From Coriobacteriia bacterium (GTDB lineage: Bacteria; Actinomycetota; Coriobacteriia; Anaerosomatales; Kmv31), in assembly GCA_014859305.1 (NCBI GenBank), contig JACUUM010000001.1:25409-89408 (forward strand): DNA of 64,000 bases, written 5' to 3'. The position numbers and the translations under genes were made by a program. The notes beneath the pieces were generated by a model. The model had not been told where the DNA came from. It saw only the letters and a list, made by a program, of their open reading frames with translations, and made no database searches. The first letter of the stretch is position 1. Each line of letters opens with the position of its first letter. Below, one piece after another: positions 35,200-44,289 of this stretch.

Positions 35200-36684
35200 G
35201 TGTCGGAGATCCTCAGAGAGATGCTCGTCTCGCACGACATGAGCGAGACGCGCGTCGCGCTGCTCGAGGACCGGGAGCTCGTAGAGCTCTACGTGGAGCG
35301 GCCGAAGCGCAGCGTGGTAGGCAACGTCTACCTCGGCAAGGTGAAAGACGTGCTGCCCGGGATGCAGGCGGCCTTCGTGGACATCGGGCTGGAGAAGAAC
35401 GCGTTCCTCTACGTGGACGAGGTCGTGGCGCCCGAGGGGCTCGAGGACCTGCCGCGGCGCGAGATCAGCGCCCTGCTCAAGCCCGGTCAGCAGATCATGG
35501 TGCAAGTGCTCAAGGACGCGATGGGCACGAAGGGCGCCCGCGTGACCACGGAGGTCACGTTGCCGGGCCGCTTCCTCGTGCTGATGCCGTTCTCGGAGTT
35601 CGTCGGCGTCTCGCGCAAGCTGCCCGAGGACGAGCGGGAGCGCCTGCGGGAGGTCGTGGAGAGCCACGTCCGCGAGGGACTCGGGGTCATCATCCGTACC
35701 GCCGCGCAGGGCTGCTCGGACAAGGACGTCGTCGGCGACCTCGAGTTCCTCCTGCGGCTGTGGAAACGGGTGCGGCACCAGGCGCACGAAGGACTGGCCC
35801 CCGAGGTCGTCTACACCGAGATGGACCTGCCGTTGCGCATGGTACGGGACGTCTTCGGCGAGGAGTACAAGAGGCTGGTCGTGGACGACCGGCAGCTCAA
35901 CGAGAAGATCGTCTCCTTCCTGAAGAAGACGTCGCCGCATCTGGTCCGGCGCGTGGTCCAGTACCGGGACCGCGTGCCGCTGTTCGGCCAGTACGCCCTG
36001 CAGGCCCGGATCGACTCGGCCATCCACCGGCGGGTGGACCTGCCCTCGGGCGGGCACCTGACGATCGACAAGACGGAGGCGCTGACGGCGATCGACGTGA
36101 ACACGGGTCGCTTCGTGGGCCGCAAGAACCTCGAGGACACGGTGTTGCGCACGAACCTGGAGGCCGCCGACGAGGCCGTCCGCCAGCTCCGTCTGCGCGA
36201 CATCGGCGGCATCATCGTCATCGACTTCATCGACATGGAGGACTCGTTCCATCGGACGGACGTCCTGCGCCGCCTGGTCAAGGCGCTGGAACGCGACCGC
36301 ACCAAGACGCGGGTCTCCGAGATCAGCAAGCTCGGGCTGGTGGAGATGACGCGCAAGAACGTCACCGACGGCCTCTACGGGATGCTGACCGAGCCCTGCC
36401 CGCACTGCGGGGGCGAGGGGAGGGTCCTCTCCGAGGCCACACGACGGATCACCGTCGAGCGCAAGATGCGCGAGATACTGCGGGCGGGCAAGTCGTCCGC
36501 ATACCTCTTCGGCCTGAACCCCGAGACCCTGGCGCTCGTCCGCGCGCCGGGTCACAACGCGGTGGCGGCGCTGAAGGCCGAGACCGGCCGGCAGCTCTCG
36601 GTCGTGGCCGACCCCGACTGCGGCCCCACCGACGTGCGGGTGCTGATCGAGGGACGCGGAGGGACGCTACAGGCCGTCGAATAG
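35200..36684 (+). CDS. rng: Ribonuclease E/G family endoribonuclease (RNase G-like)
   Basis: 494 aa. It has an S1 domain (GNVYLGKVKDVLPGMQAAFVDIG) and the catalytic region (TEALTAIDVNTG, IGGIIVIDFIDM), plus the Zn-link CPHCGGEG. Confidence 0.9.
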   Translation: MSEILREMLVSHDMSETRVALLEDRELVELYVERPKRSVVGNVYLGKVKDVLPGMQAAFVDIGLEKNAFLYVDEVVAPEGLEDLPRREISALLKPGQQIMVQVLKDAMGTKGARVTTEVTLPGRFLVLMPFSEFVGVSRKLPEDERERLREVVESHVREGLGVIIRTAAQGCSDKDVVGDLEFLLRLWKRVRHQAHEGLAPEVVYTEMDLPLRMVRDVFGEEYKRLVVDDRQLNEKIVSFLKKTSPHLVRRVVQYRDRVPLFGQYALQARIDSAIHRRVDLPSGGHLTIDKTEALTAIDVNTGRFVGRKNLEDTVLRTNLEAADEAVRQLRLRDIGGIIVIDFIDMEDSFHRTDVLRRLVKALERDRTKTRVSEISKLGLVEMTRKNVTDGLYGMLTEPCPHCGGEGRVLSEATRRITVERKMREILRAGKSSAYLFGLNPETLALVRAPGHNAVAALKAETGRQLSVVADPDCGPTDVRVLIEGRGGTLQAVE

Positions 36685-36731
36685 GACCCGGCGGCCCCCT
36701 TCCAGGGGGTGGAGACGCCCGACAGCGTTTG

Positions 36732-36761
36732 TTGACGCTGCCGAAGAGCGGGTGTTAGCAT
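36732..36761 (+). promoter_or_regulatory. Promoter candidate for rplU-rpmA
   Basis: TTGACG (36732-36737), 18 nt spacer, TAGCAT (36756-36761) preceded by TGT (extended -10). It lies in the 118-nt gap after rng. Confidence 0.45.
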
Positions 36762-36802
36762 AGTTCTTTGCGTTCACGCCACGGATGGAAGGCGAGGATC
36801 GG

Positions 36803-37264
36803 ATGTACGCTGTCGTCTCTTCAGGCGGTAAGCAGCTGAAGGTCGTCGAAGGCGCGGAGGCCGTCGTCGAGAAGCTCGACGCCGCGGTCGGAGAGAGCGT
36901 CGAACTCGACGTCGTCTTCATCGCCGACGGCGACGAGATCGTCGTGGACGCGTCCACTCTGTCCTCGGCGAGCGTGACGGCAGAGGTCGTCGAGCACTTC
37001 AAGGACGACAAGGTCGTCGTGTTCAAGTTCAAGAAGCGCAAGGGCTACAGGCGCACCAAGGGGCATCGCCAGAGCCTGACGCGGGTGCGGGTGACCGGCA
37101 TCGCGGGACCGGCTCCGACGAAGCCCGCGCGTAAGAAGGAGCCGGCCGGCAAGGCCGAGCCCGCGAAGGCGAGCGCCGCCGCCGAGGAGAAGCCGAAGCG
37201 CACGCGCGCGAAGAAGGCGGCGGAGGGCGAAGCCCCCGCCCGGTCCGCCGAGTCAGGCGAGTAG
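36803..37264 (+). CDS. rplU: Ribosomal protein L21 with a Lys/Ala/Pro-rich C-terminal extension
   Basis: MYAVVSSGGKQLKV... is the canonical L21 N-terminus (ATG at 36803). About 55 extra C-terminal residues follow (PTKPARKKEPAGKAEPAKA...). Confidence 0.9.
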   Translation: MYAVVSSGGKQLKVVEGAEAVVEKLDAAVGESVELDVVFIADGDEIVVDASTLSSASVTAEVVEHFKDDKVVVFKFKKRKGYRRTKGHRQSLTRVRVTGIAGPAPTKPARKKEPAGKAEPAKASAAAEEKPKRTRAKKAAEGEAPARSAESGE

Positions 37265-37279
37265 CGAGGGTGATGAGCG

Positions 37280-37534
37280 ATGGCTCATAAGAAGGGTCTC
37301 GGTTCCACCAAGAACGGCCGCGACTCCAAGGCCAAGCGCCTGGGCGTCAAGCGGTTCGCCGGTCAGATCGTCACCACCGGCACGATCATCGTGCGCCAGC
37401 GCGGCACCCACCTCAAGCCCGGCGACAACGTCGGACGGGGCGGAGACGACACGCTGTTCGCGCTGGTGGACGGGACCGTAGACTTCACCAAGGGCAAGGA
37501 CCGCAAGGTCCACGTGCGACCGCTCGAGGGCTGA
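37280..37534 (+). CDS. rpmA: Ribosomal protein L27
   Basis: [24 protein letters not shown]... is the canonical L27 sequence without an N-terminal pro-peptide. Confidence 0.95.
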   Translation: MAHKKGLGSTKNGRDSKAKRLGVKRFAGQIVTTGTIIVRQRGTHLKPGDNVGRGGDDTLFALVDGTVDFTKGKDRKVHVRPLEG

Positions 37535-37567
37535 CGGCGCGTCCGCCCGCGAGGAGAGTAGCGATCA

Positions 37568-37603
37568 CGAGGACCCTCCGCCCGCCGGGCCGGAGGGTCC
37601 TCG
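37568..37603 (+). terminator. Strong hairpin (terminator or attenuator) between rpmA and obg
   Basis: Perfect 13-bp stem CGAGGACCCTCCG / CGGAGGGTCCTCG with a 10-nt loop. Confidence 0.5.
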
Positions 37604-37658
37604 CGCATCGGAGGCGACGGGGGCGGGAGAGCGGGCGGCCGGGGACGAGGAGACGAGG

Positions 37659-38987
37659 ATGTTCGTCGACGAGGCCAAGATACACGTCAAGGGCGGTGAC
37701 GGAGGGGCGGGGTGCAAGTCGTTCCGCCGTGAGGCACATGTCCCCAGGGGCGGTCCCGACGGCGGCGACGGAGGCCGCGGGGGCGACGTGCTCGTCCAGG
37801 CCGACCCGGGTCTGTCCACCCTCCTGGACTTCCACTACAAGCGGCACTTCAAGGCGCAGCGCGGACAGCACGGCAAGGGTTCGGACCGCGACGGCGCAGC
37901 AGGTGAGGACCTCGTGCTCAAGGTGCCGCTGGGCACCGTCGTCCGTGACGCGGAGAGCGGCGAGGTGATCGCCGACCTGACGCACCCTGGGCAGCGGGCG
38001 GTGGTGGCCGAGGGCGGCCGCGGCGGGCGCGGCAACACGCACTTCACGACCCCGACGCGCAGGGCGCCGGCCTTCGCGGAGCTGGGCGAGCCCGCCGAGG
38101 AGCGCTGGATAGCGGTCGAGCTCAAACTGCTCGCCGACGTGGCGCTCGTCGGCTTCCCGAACGCGGGGAAGTCTTCGATCATCGCCAGGATCAGCGCCGC
38201 GCGGCCCAAGATCGGCGACTACCCGTTCACGACCCTCGTGCCGAACCTGGGCGTGGTGAGGGCGGGCGAGCGCAGCTTCGTCGCCGCCGACGTCCCCGGC
38301 CTCATCGAGGGGGCGAGCACCGGCGCGGGGCTCGGGCACGCGTTCCTGCGGCACATCGAGCGCACGGCGCTGATCGTGCACGTCGTCGACCTGACCGGCG
38401 GCTACGAGGGGCGCGATCCGGTCGAGGACGTGGTCGCCGTCGACCGGGAGCTCGAGCTTCACTCCGAGGACCTCGCGCACCGGCCGAAGGTGGTCGCGGG
38501 CAACAAGTCCGACGCTCCCGGCGCCGCCGAGGCCTCCCGGCGCCTCGCCTCCTGGTGCGAGGAGCGGGAGCTGCCGTACTTCGAGGTCTCGGCGCTCACG
38601 GGCGCGGGGCTCGATCAGCTCGTCCTGGCCGTCGGCGAGCGGGTGTTCCGGACGAGGACCGAAGCGGCCACGGCGGGCGAGCGCTACGAGAAGGTGTACT
38701 CGGCGCCCAGACGAGCGGCCGAGCCCTTCGAGGTGAGGCGCGAAGGCGGAGGATGGCTCGTGAGGGGGCGCGACGTCGAGCGTATGGTGATCATGACGGA
38801 CATGGACAACGAGGAGGCCGTCGCCTACCTGCAGCGGCGGCTGAACCGGGTCGGCGTGGAGAGAGCGCTCGCGGAGGCGGGCGCGCGAGAGGGCGACCAG
38901 GTTACGATAGCGGCGGTGGCATTCGACTTCGCGCCTTCGGGGACCCTCGAGACCGAGGCGTCGGGGTCCGGCGAAGGCGAGGAGTGA
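37659..38987 (+). CDS. obg: GTPase Obg/CgtA
   Basis: MFVDEAKIHVKGGDGGAG... is the Obg fold. G motifs GFPNAGKSS, DVPGLIEGA and NKSD are present, followed by a C-terminal OCT-like domain. Confidence 0.95.
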   Translation: MFVDEAKIHVKGGDGGAGCKSFRREAHVPRGGPDGGDGGRGGDVLVQADPGLSTLLDFHYKRHFKAQRGQHGKGSDRDGAAGEDLVLKVPLGTVVRDAESGEVIADLTHPGQRAVVAEGGRGGRGNTHFTTPTRRAPAFAELGEPAEERWIAVELKLLADVALVGFPNAGKSSIIARISAARPKIGDYPFTTLVPNLGVVRAGERSFVAADVPGLIEGASTGAGLGHAFLRHIERTALIVHVVDLTGGYEGRDPVEDVVAVDRELELHSEDLAHRPKVVAGNKSDAPGAAEASRRLASWCEERELPYFEVSALTGAGLDQLVLAVGERVFRTRTEAATAGERYEKVYSAPRRAAEPFEVRREGGGWLVRGRDVERMVIMTDMDNEEAVAYLQRRLNRVGVERALAEAGAREGDQVTIAAVAFDFAPSGTLETEASGSGEGEE

Positions 38988-38991
38988 GGGA

Positions 38992-40110
38992 GTGGGCGGC
39001 TCCGGTACCTCGTACGGCAGGGTGGTCGTCAAGGTCGGCAGCTCCTTGCTGTCCGCTCCGGACGGCGGGCTGGACGTCGCGTTCATGGAGGCGTTGGTCG
39101 AGCAGGTCGCGCGGCTGCACGAGCGCGGAACGGAGGCGGTCATCGTGACCAGCGGCGCCATCGCAGCCGGGATCGAGCGGCTCGACTGGGAGGAGCGGCC
39201 GCGGGCGATGCCGGCGCTCCAGGCCGCCGCCGCCGTCGGTCAGGTGCGCATCATCGGCACGTACGCGGAGCTCTTCGCCGCCCACGACCTTCCGGTGGGG
39301 CAGGTGCTGGTCACCAGGCACGACACCGCGCACCGGGCGCAGTACCTGCATGCGCGCGACACTCTGGAGAAGCTGCTCGCGCTGGGCGTGGTGCCGGTCG
39401 TCAACGAGAACGACACCACCGCGGTCGACGAGATCCGGTTCGGCGACAACGACACGCTCGCGGCGCTCGTGGGCACGATGGTCAAAGCCGACCTCGTCGT
39501 CCTGCTCACCGACATCGAAGGGCTGTACTCGGCGGACCCGCGGGCGGACGAGGGGGCGGCGCTGCTGGAGCACGTGGACGAACTCACCGAGGAGATGCTC
39601 GCCGCGGCCGGCGGCCCCGGCTCGACGCTGGGCTCGGGGGGCATGGCCACCAAACTCGAGGCGGCTCGCGTGCTCATGAAGGCCGGCATCCCCATGGTGG
39701 TGTGCGACGGCCGCCGTCCCGACGTCGTCGTGGACGCCGCCTCGGGAGGCTGCGTCGGCACCTTCTTCGCCGGCGACGCCTGCTCCATCGGCAGCCGCAA
39801 GACATGGATCGCGCTGGGGCGCAGGCCGGCCGGGACGATCGTGGTCGACGCCGGGGCGGCGGAGGCCGTGCGGACCAGGGGCAAGAGCCTGCTGCCCGCC
39901 GGCGTGCTGTCCGTGTCGGGCCCCTTCCAGCCCGGCGACGCCGTGCTCATCCAGGACGCCGAGGGACGCACCGTGGCGCGGGGGCTCGTCGAGATGTCCT
40001 CGGCGGATCTGGACAGGGTCAAGGGCCTGAAGACCTCGGAGATCCCCGGTATACTTGCGGGCTACAAGGGCGAGGAGGTCATCCACCGCGACCGGCTCGT
40101 GCTGCTGTGA
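38992..40110 (+). CDS. proB: Glutamate 5-kinase (with PUA domain)
   Basis: Motifs VVKVGSSLL, VTSGAIAAG, VNENDT and GMATKLEAA are present, followed by a C-terminal PUA domain. Confidence 0.95.
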   Translation: MGGSGTSYGRVVVKVGSSLLSAPDGGLDVAFMEALVEQVARLHERGTEAVIVTSGAIAAGIERLDWEERPRAMPALQAAAAVGQVRIIGTYAELFAAHDLPVGQVLVTRHDTAHRAQYLHARDTLEKLLALGVVPVVNENDTTAVDEIRFGDNDTLAALVGTMVKADLVVLLTDIEGLYSADPRADEGAALLEHVDELTEEMLAAAGGPGSTLGSGGMATKLEAARVLMKAGIPMVVCDGRRPDVVVDAASGGCVGTFFAGDACSIGSRKTWIALGRRPAGTIVVDAGAAEAVRTRGKSLLPAGVLSVSGPFQPGDAVLIQDAEGRTVARGLVEMSSADLDRVKGLKTSEIPGILAGYKGEEVIHRDRLVLL

Positions 40111-40167
40111 CGAGGCCGGCTCCGCGGTCGGGCGCGCCGCGTTCGGGCCGAACGAGAGGATGGGTCG

Positions 40168-41421
40168 ATGTCGGAAGTTCTCACGCTGGCGACCGCCGCG
40201 CGCTCGGCCGCGCGCAAGCTGGCCGTCACCTCGACGGATGAGCGCAACCGGGCGCTGCTCTCGATGGCGCACGCGCTGTCGGACCGCTCCGACGAGGTGC
40301 TCGCCGCCAATGCCGAGGACATGGAGGCTGCACGCGCCAAGGACACCGCGGCGGCTCTGCTTGACAGGCTCGAGCTGACCCCCGCCCGCCTGGATGCGAT
40401 CTCCGAGGCCCTGCGTGAGCTGGCGGCGCTGCCCGACCCGATAGGGGAGGTCGTGGAGGGGCATCGCCTGCCCAACGGCATCTGGCTGCAGCAGGTCCGC
40501 GTGCCGCTGGGCGTCGTGGCCATCATCTACGAGGCGCGCCCCAACGTGACGGCCGATGCGGCGGGGTTGTGCCTCAAGACGGGCAACGCCGTCATCCTTC
40601 GCGGCGGCTCGCTGGCGATCCGCAGCTGCCTGGCCCTGACGCGGGTGCTGGCCTCGGCCGCGACCGGCGCGGGCATGCCGGAGGGCTGCATCGCCTCGAT
40701 CGAGTCGACCGAGCGTGAGGCCGCCGAGGAGCTGATGGGGCTGCACGGCTACGTCGACGTCCTCATCCCCAGGGGAGGCGCCGGGCTGATCCGCAGCGTC
40801 GTGGACAACGCCAAGGTGCCGGTGATAGAGACCGGCGTGGGCAACTGTCACGTCTACGTGCACGAGGCGGCCGACCCGGAGATGGCCCGGCGGATCGTCG
40901 TCAACGCGAAGTGCCAGCGGCCAGGTGTGTGTAACGCGGCCGAGAGCCTCCTGGTCGACGAGGCCGTCTACGAGCGCGTGCTCCCGCCGATCCTGAAGGC
41001 GCTGGAGGCCGAGGGCGTCACCATCCTCGCCGACGAGAAGACGCGTGCCCTCGGCGCGATCGCGAACGTCGAGCCGGCGACCGAGGAGGACTGGGGGGCC
41101 GAGTACCTCGACCTGAAGATGTCGTGCAAGGTCGTCTCCGGGTTCGACGAGGCGATCGAGCACATCGACACGTACGGTACCAAGCACTCCGAAGCCATCG
41201 TGACGGAGGACTACGAGGCGGCCCGGCGCTTCCTCGACGGCGTGGACGCCGCGGCGGTGTACGTGAACGTGTCGACCCGCTTCACCGACGGCGGAGAGTT
41301 CGGCTTGGGAGCCGAGATCGGCATCTCGACCCAGAAGCTGCACGCACGCGGGCCGATGGGGCTCGCGGCGCTGACGTCCACCAAGTTCGTCGCGATGGGG
41401 GGCGGTCAGATACGCGAGTGA
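40168..41421 (+). CDS. proA: Glutamate-5-semialdehyde dehydrogenase
   Basis: 417 aa, ALDH-type. The catalytic motif NAKCQRPGVCNAAESLLV is present, followed by STRFTDGGEFG. Confidence 0.95.
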   Translation: MSEVLTLATAARSAARKLAVTSTDERNRALLSMAHALSDRSDEVLAANAEDMEAARAKDTAAALLDRLELTPARLDAISEALRELAALPDPIGEVVEGHRLPNGIWLQQVRVPLGVVAIIYEARPNVTADAAGLCLKTGNAVILRGGSLAIRSCLALTRVLASAATGAGMPEGCIASIESTEREAAEELMGLHGYVDVLIPRGGAGLIRSVVDNAKVPVIETGVGNCHVYVHEAADPEMARRIVVNAKCQRPGVCNAAESLLVDEAVYERVLPPILKALEAEGVTILADEKTRALGAIANVEPATEEDWGAEYLDLKMSCKVVSGFDEAIEHIDTYGTKHSEAIVTEDYEAARRFLDGVDAAAVYVNVSTRFTDGGEFGLGAEIGISTQKLHARGPMGLAALTSTKFVAMGGGQIRE

Positions 41422-42032
41422 GGAGCAAGCGGCTCGGCATAATGGGTGGGACGTTCGACCCCATCCATTACGGTCACCTCGTCGCAGCCGAGGAGGCGCT
41501 CGTCCAGTTCAACCTGGATTCGGTCGTCTTCATGCCGACGGGAGTGCCCGCCACGAAGGGTCACGGGCGGGTGACGCCCGTCGAGCACCGCTACCTGATG
41601 ACCGTCATCGCCACGGCCGCGAACCCCGACTTCCAGGTCTCGCGCCTCGAGGTCGACCGCCCGGGGGTGACCTACACGGTCGATACGCTGCGGCAGCTCA
41701 GGGCTGCCCACGGCCCTGGGACGGCGCTGTACTTCATCACGGGCGCGGACGCGGTGCGCGAGATACTCGAATGGAAGGACGCCGAGGAGGTCGCACGCCT
41801 CACGACGTTCATCGCCGCCACGCGCCCCGGGTACGACCTGGAGCGCTTCGGCGCGGAGCTGTCCTCGCTTCCGGCGGCTCCGGACGTCGAGTTCATAGAG
41901 GTACCCGCGCTGGCGATATCCTCGACGGACATCCGGTCCCGTGTCGCCGCAAGGCGTCCGGTCCGCTATCTGCTACCCGAGGCGGTGGCGGCCTACATCG
42001 ACAAGAACGGACTGTACCGGGATGTCCTCTGA
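41418..42032 (+). CDS. nadD: Nicotinate-nucleotide adenylyltransferase
   Basis: The GTG at 41418 overlaps the proA stop. GIMGGTFDPIHYGHL is the (H/T)xGH motif. ISSTDIR lies near the C-terminus. Confidence 0.9.
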   Translation: MRSKRLGIMGGTFDPIHYGHLVAAEEALVQFNLDSVVFMPTGVPATKGHGRVTPVEHRYLMTVIATAANPDFQVSRLEVDRPGVTYTVDTLRQLRAAHGPGTALYFITGADAVREILEWKDAEEVARLTTFIAATRPGYDLERFGAELSSLPAAPDVEFIEVPALAISSTDIRSRVAARRPVRYLLPEAVAAYIDKNGLYRDVL

Positions 42033-42624
42033 GATCGAGCAGCTCATCGCCGAGGCCCAGCGGGTGCTCCCGCGGCACCTCGGTTCTCGCGGCGCCGCGC
42101 ACTCGCGGGCGGTGGCGGAGACCGCGGCGTCGCTGGCGCGCGAGTACGGAGCGGACGAGCGCCGCGCGTTCCTCGGCGGGCTGCTGCACGACTGGGCGAG
42201 GGACGTCCCGGCGGAGGAGCTCCTGAAGGAGGCGGCGCGGCGGGGCATCCCCGTCACGGAGGTGGACCGCGAGGTCCCCTACCTGCTGCATGCCGCCGTC
42301 GGCGCCGCTCAGGCGCGTGATGCGCTGGGCGGCCTGCCCGAGGACGTGTTCCGCGCCGTCGAGCGGCACACGCTCGCGGCGCCGGGGATGACGGCACTGG
42401 AAGCCATCGTGTTCGTCGCGGACATGCTGGAGCCCGGGCGGGACTACCCCGCGGCCGAGGAGCTGCGGTCCCTCGCCGGGTCGGCCCCGCTGCCAGTGCT
42501 GTTCGTGGCGGCGTACGCGCGGTCGCTGACGCACGTGATCGAGACGCGGCGCCATCTGCACCCGGCCTCCGTGCCGGCATGGAACGCCGCGATCGCCGCC
42601 GCTGAGGGGCTGAAGACCCCGTGA
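42022..42624 (+). CDS. yqeK: HD-domain bis(5'-nucleosyl)-tetraphosphatase, YqeK family
   Basis: The HD motifs HSRAVAETA...GLLHDWAR are present. It sits in the canonical position after nadD. ATG at 42022 overlaps the nadD end by 11 nt. Confidence 0.8.
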   Translation: MSSEIEQLIAEAQRVLPRHLGSRGAAHSRAVAETAASLAREYGADERRAFLGGLLHDWARDVPAEELLKEAARRGIPVTEVDREVPYLLHAAVGAAQARDALGGLPEDVFRAVERHTLAAPGMTALEAIVFVADMLEPGRDYPAAEELRSLAGSAPLPVLFVAAYARSLTHVIETRRHLHPASVPAWNAAIAAAEGLKTP

Positions 42625-43772
42625 GCGGCTCCGAGCGGCCCGTCGCTTCCACGGAGCAGGCGGCGGAGCGCCTGCGGCGGGCGAAGGTGACGGTGGCCCC
42701 GGAGGTCCCGAGCGGGTACCGCTCGTCGCGGCGAGGCTCGAAAGCGGCGAAGAGCGCCAAGCGCGCCCGCAGGGCCTTCCGCGTGCGCGAGGTCGTGACC
42801 GGCACGGTCGACTGGGTGCACAGGGGCGCATGGGTCGGCGTGAGGGTCGCGGTCGTGGCGGCCGCGGGCGCCGCCGCCGTCGTGCTGGCGCTGTTCCTTC
42901 TCGCTCTGGGCATCAACGCGACGGCCCGATGGGTCGCGGTGGTACGTGCCGGCGACGGCGCCGGGAGCGCCCTGTCCGAGAGCGCGCGCGAGAACGTGCT
43001 CGTCGTCGCCGTCGAGGGAGACCGCGCCCGCGGCTTCCTGGCGCTGCGCGCGGCCGAGAAGGAGAAGCGCGTCTTCGGGCTGGCCATACCCGACGGGGCG
43101 TTCATGGAGGTCCCGGGCCAGGGGTTCGAGCGCATCGGGGACAGCTATCACGCGGGGCCCGAGGTCTCGATGGCGGCCGTCTCGAACTACCTCTCGGTCC
43201 CGTTCGAGCGCTACCTCGTCGTCGATGCCTCCGTCTACGAGCAGGTGCTGCAGAAGCAGAGCGTCGCGGGTCTGCTCGACGCGTCGATCAGGACGGACCT
43301 CACCCCCGAGGAGGCGGACCGGTTCCGGAGGATCGCGGACGTGACACCGACCGAGGACGTGCTGATCGTGCCGCTGCCCGTGAAGCCGATCACGCTCGGG
43401 GACGAGACGTACTTCGAGCCTCGGCGCGCGGAGGTGGCGGAGTTGATCGAGTCCTGGTGGGGTGTGAAGCTCACCGGGGACGACGGGCCGGCGCGCGTGA
43501 TCGTGTACAACGGCTCGGGTGTGCCCGGTATCGCGGGCCACGCCGCGCGGCAGCTGATCCGCGGCGGCTACAGGGTCGTCGACACCAAGAACGCGGACCG
43601 GTTCGGCTACGCCGAGACGCTCATCATCGTGCAGCACCCGGGCGAGGTGGATCCGGAGGGCGTGCGCAAGACGCTCGGCGTGGGGAAGGTGGTCTCGCAG
43701 CCGTCCGATCAGCGCATCGCGGACGTGATCGTGATCATCGGGAAAGACTATGCGCCGCCGCAGGACGGGTAG
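42621..43772 (+). CDS. LytR-CpsA-Psr (LCP)-like protein with C-terminal LytR_C domain
   Basis: It has an N-terminal TM helix and an LCP-like core (VLVVAVEGDRARGFLALR...GLAIPDGAFMEVPGQG). The C-terminal VIVYNGSGVPGIAGHAARQL..GGYRVVDTKNADRFGY is typical of LytR_C. Confidence 0.7.
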   Translation: MSGSERPVASTEQAAERLRRAKVTVAPEVPSGYRSSRRGSKAAKSAKRARRAFRVREVVTGTVDWVHRGAWVGVRVAVVAAAGAAAVVLALFLLALGINATARWVAVVRAGDGAGSALSESARENVLVVAVEGDRARGFLALRAAEKEKRVFGLAIPDGAFMEVPGQGFERIGDSYHAGPEVSMAAVSNYLSVPFERYLVVDASVYEQVLQKQSVAGLLDASIRTDLTPEEADRFRRIADVTPTEDVLIVPLPVKPITLGDETYFEPRRAEVAELIESWWGVKLTGDDGPARVIVYNGSGVPGIAGHAARQLIRGGYRVVDTKNADRFGYAETLIIVQHPGEVDPEGVRKTLGVGKVVSQPSDQRIADVIVIIGKDYAPPQDG

Positions 43773-44289
43773 GGCGGCCGGCAGCGAGCCGTACGCCGGG
43801 CCGCCGTCGGGTCGCGAGAGGCGCGGGTCCGACGGAGGCCGGGAGGAGAAGGAGGGGGACGAGCTGGAGCCGAGGGAAGTGGCCCGTCTCGCCGCCGAGG
43901 CGGCGGCGGACAAGAAGGCGCGGGACGTGGTCGCGCTCGACGTGGGTGACCTGCTCGTGGTGACGGACTACTTCGTCCTGGCGACAGGCGCTACGGACCG
44001 ACAGGTCAGGACCATCGCCGAGGAGGTCGAGAAGCGTCTCAAGGAGCGAGCCGGCGTCCGCGCGATCGGACGGGAGGGCGAGCGTGAGGCGCGGTGGGTG
44101 CTGCTCGACTTCGTCGACGTCGTGGTGCACGTCTTCCAGCCTGGGGAGAGGGACTTCTACCGTCTCGACCGGCTGTGGTCCGACGCTCCTCGGCTGGAGC
44201 TCCCGGCGGAGGTGACCAACGCTTCGGGGGAGGGCGCCGCGGCCGAGGGCGCGGCCGAGGGCGGCGCCGGCGAGCAGCCGCCGTCGTGA
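43750..44289 (+). CDS. rsfS: Ribosomal silencing factor RsfS
   Basis: The core reads KKARDVVALDVGDLLVVTDYFVLATGATDRQVRTIAEEVEKRLKE...WVLLDFVDVVVHVFQPGERDFYRLDRLW. The start is uncertain: the conserved part begins near 43860, and the N-terminal ~35 aa of the track ORF are Arg/Gly rich. Confidence 0.8.
   Translation: MRRRRTGRAAGSEPYAGPPSGRERRGSDGGREEKEGDELEPREVARLAAEAAADKKARDVVALDVGDLLVVTDYFVLATGATDRQVRTIAEEVEKRLKERAGVRAIGREGEREARWVLLDFVDVVVHVFQPGERDFYRLDRLWSDAPRLELPAEVTNASGEGAAAEGAAEGGAGEQPPS

Noticed and set aside
36685-36802. Ribosomal-protein L21 leader RNA motif upstream of rplU
   Set aside because: The region holds a plausible promoter (TTGACG-18-TAGCAT) and only about 40 nt of leader. 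I see no convincing conserved structure and cannot run Rfam.
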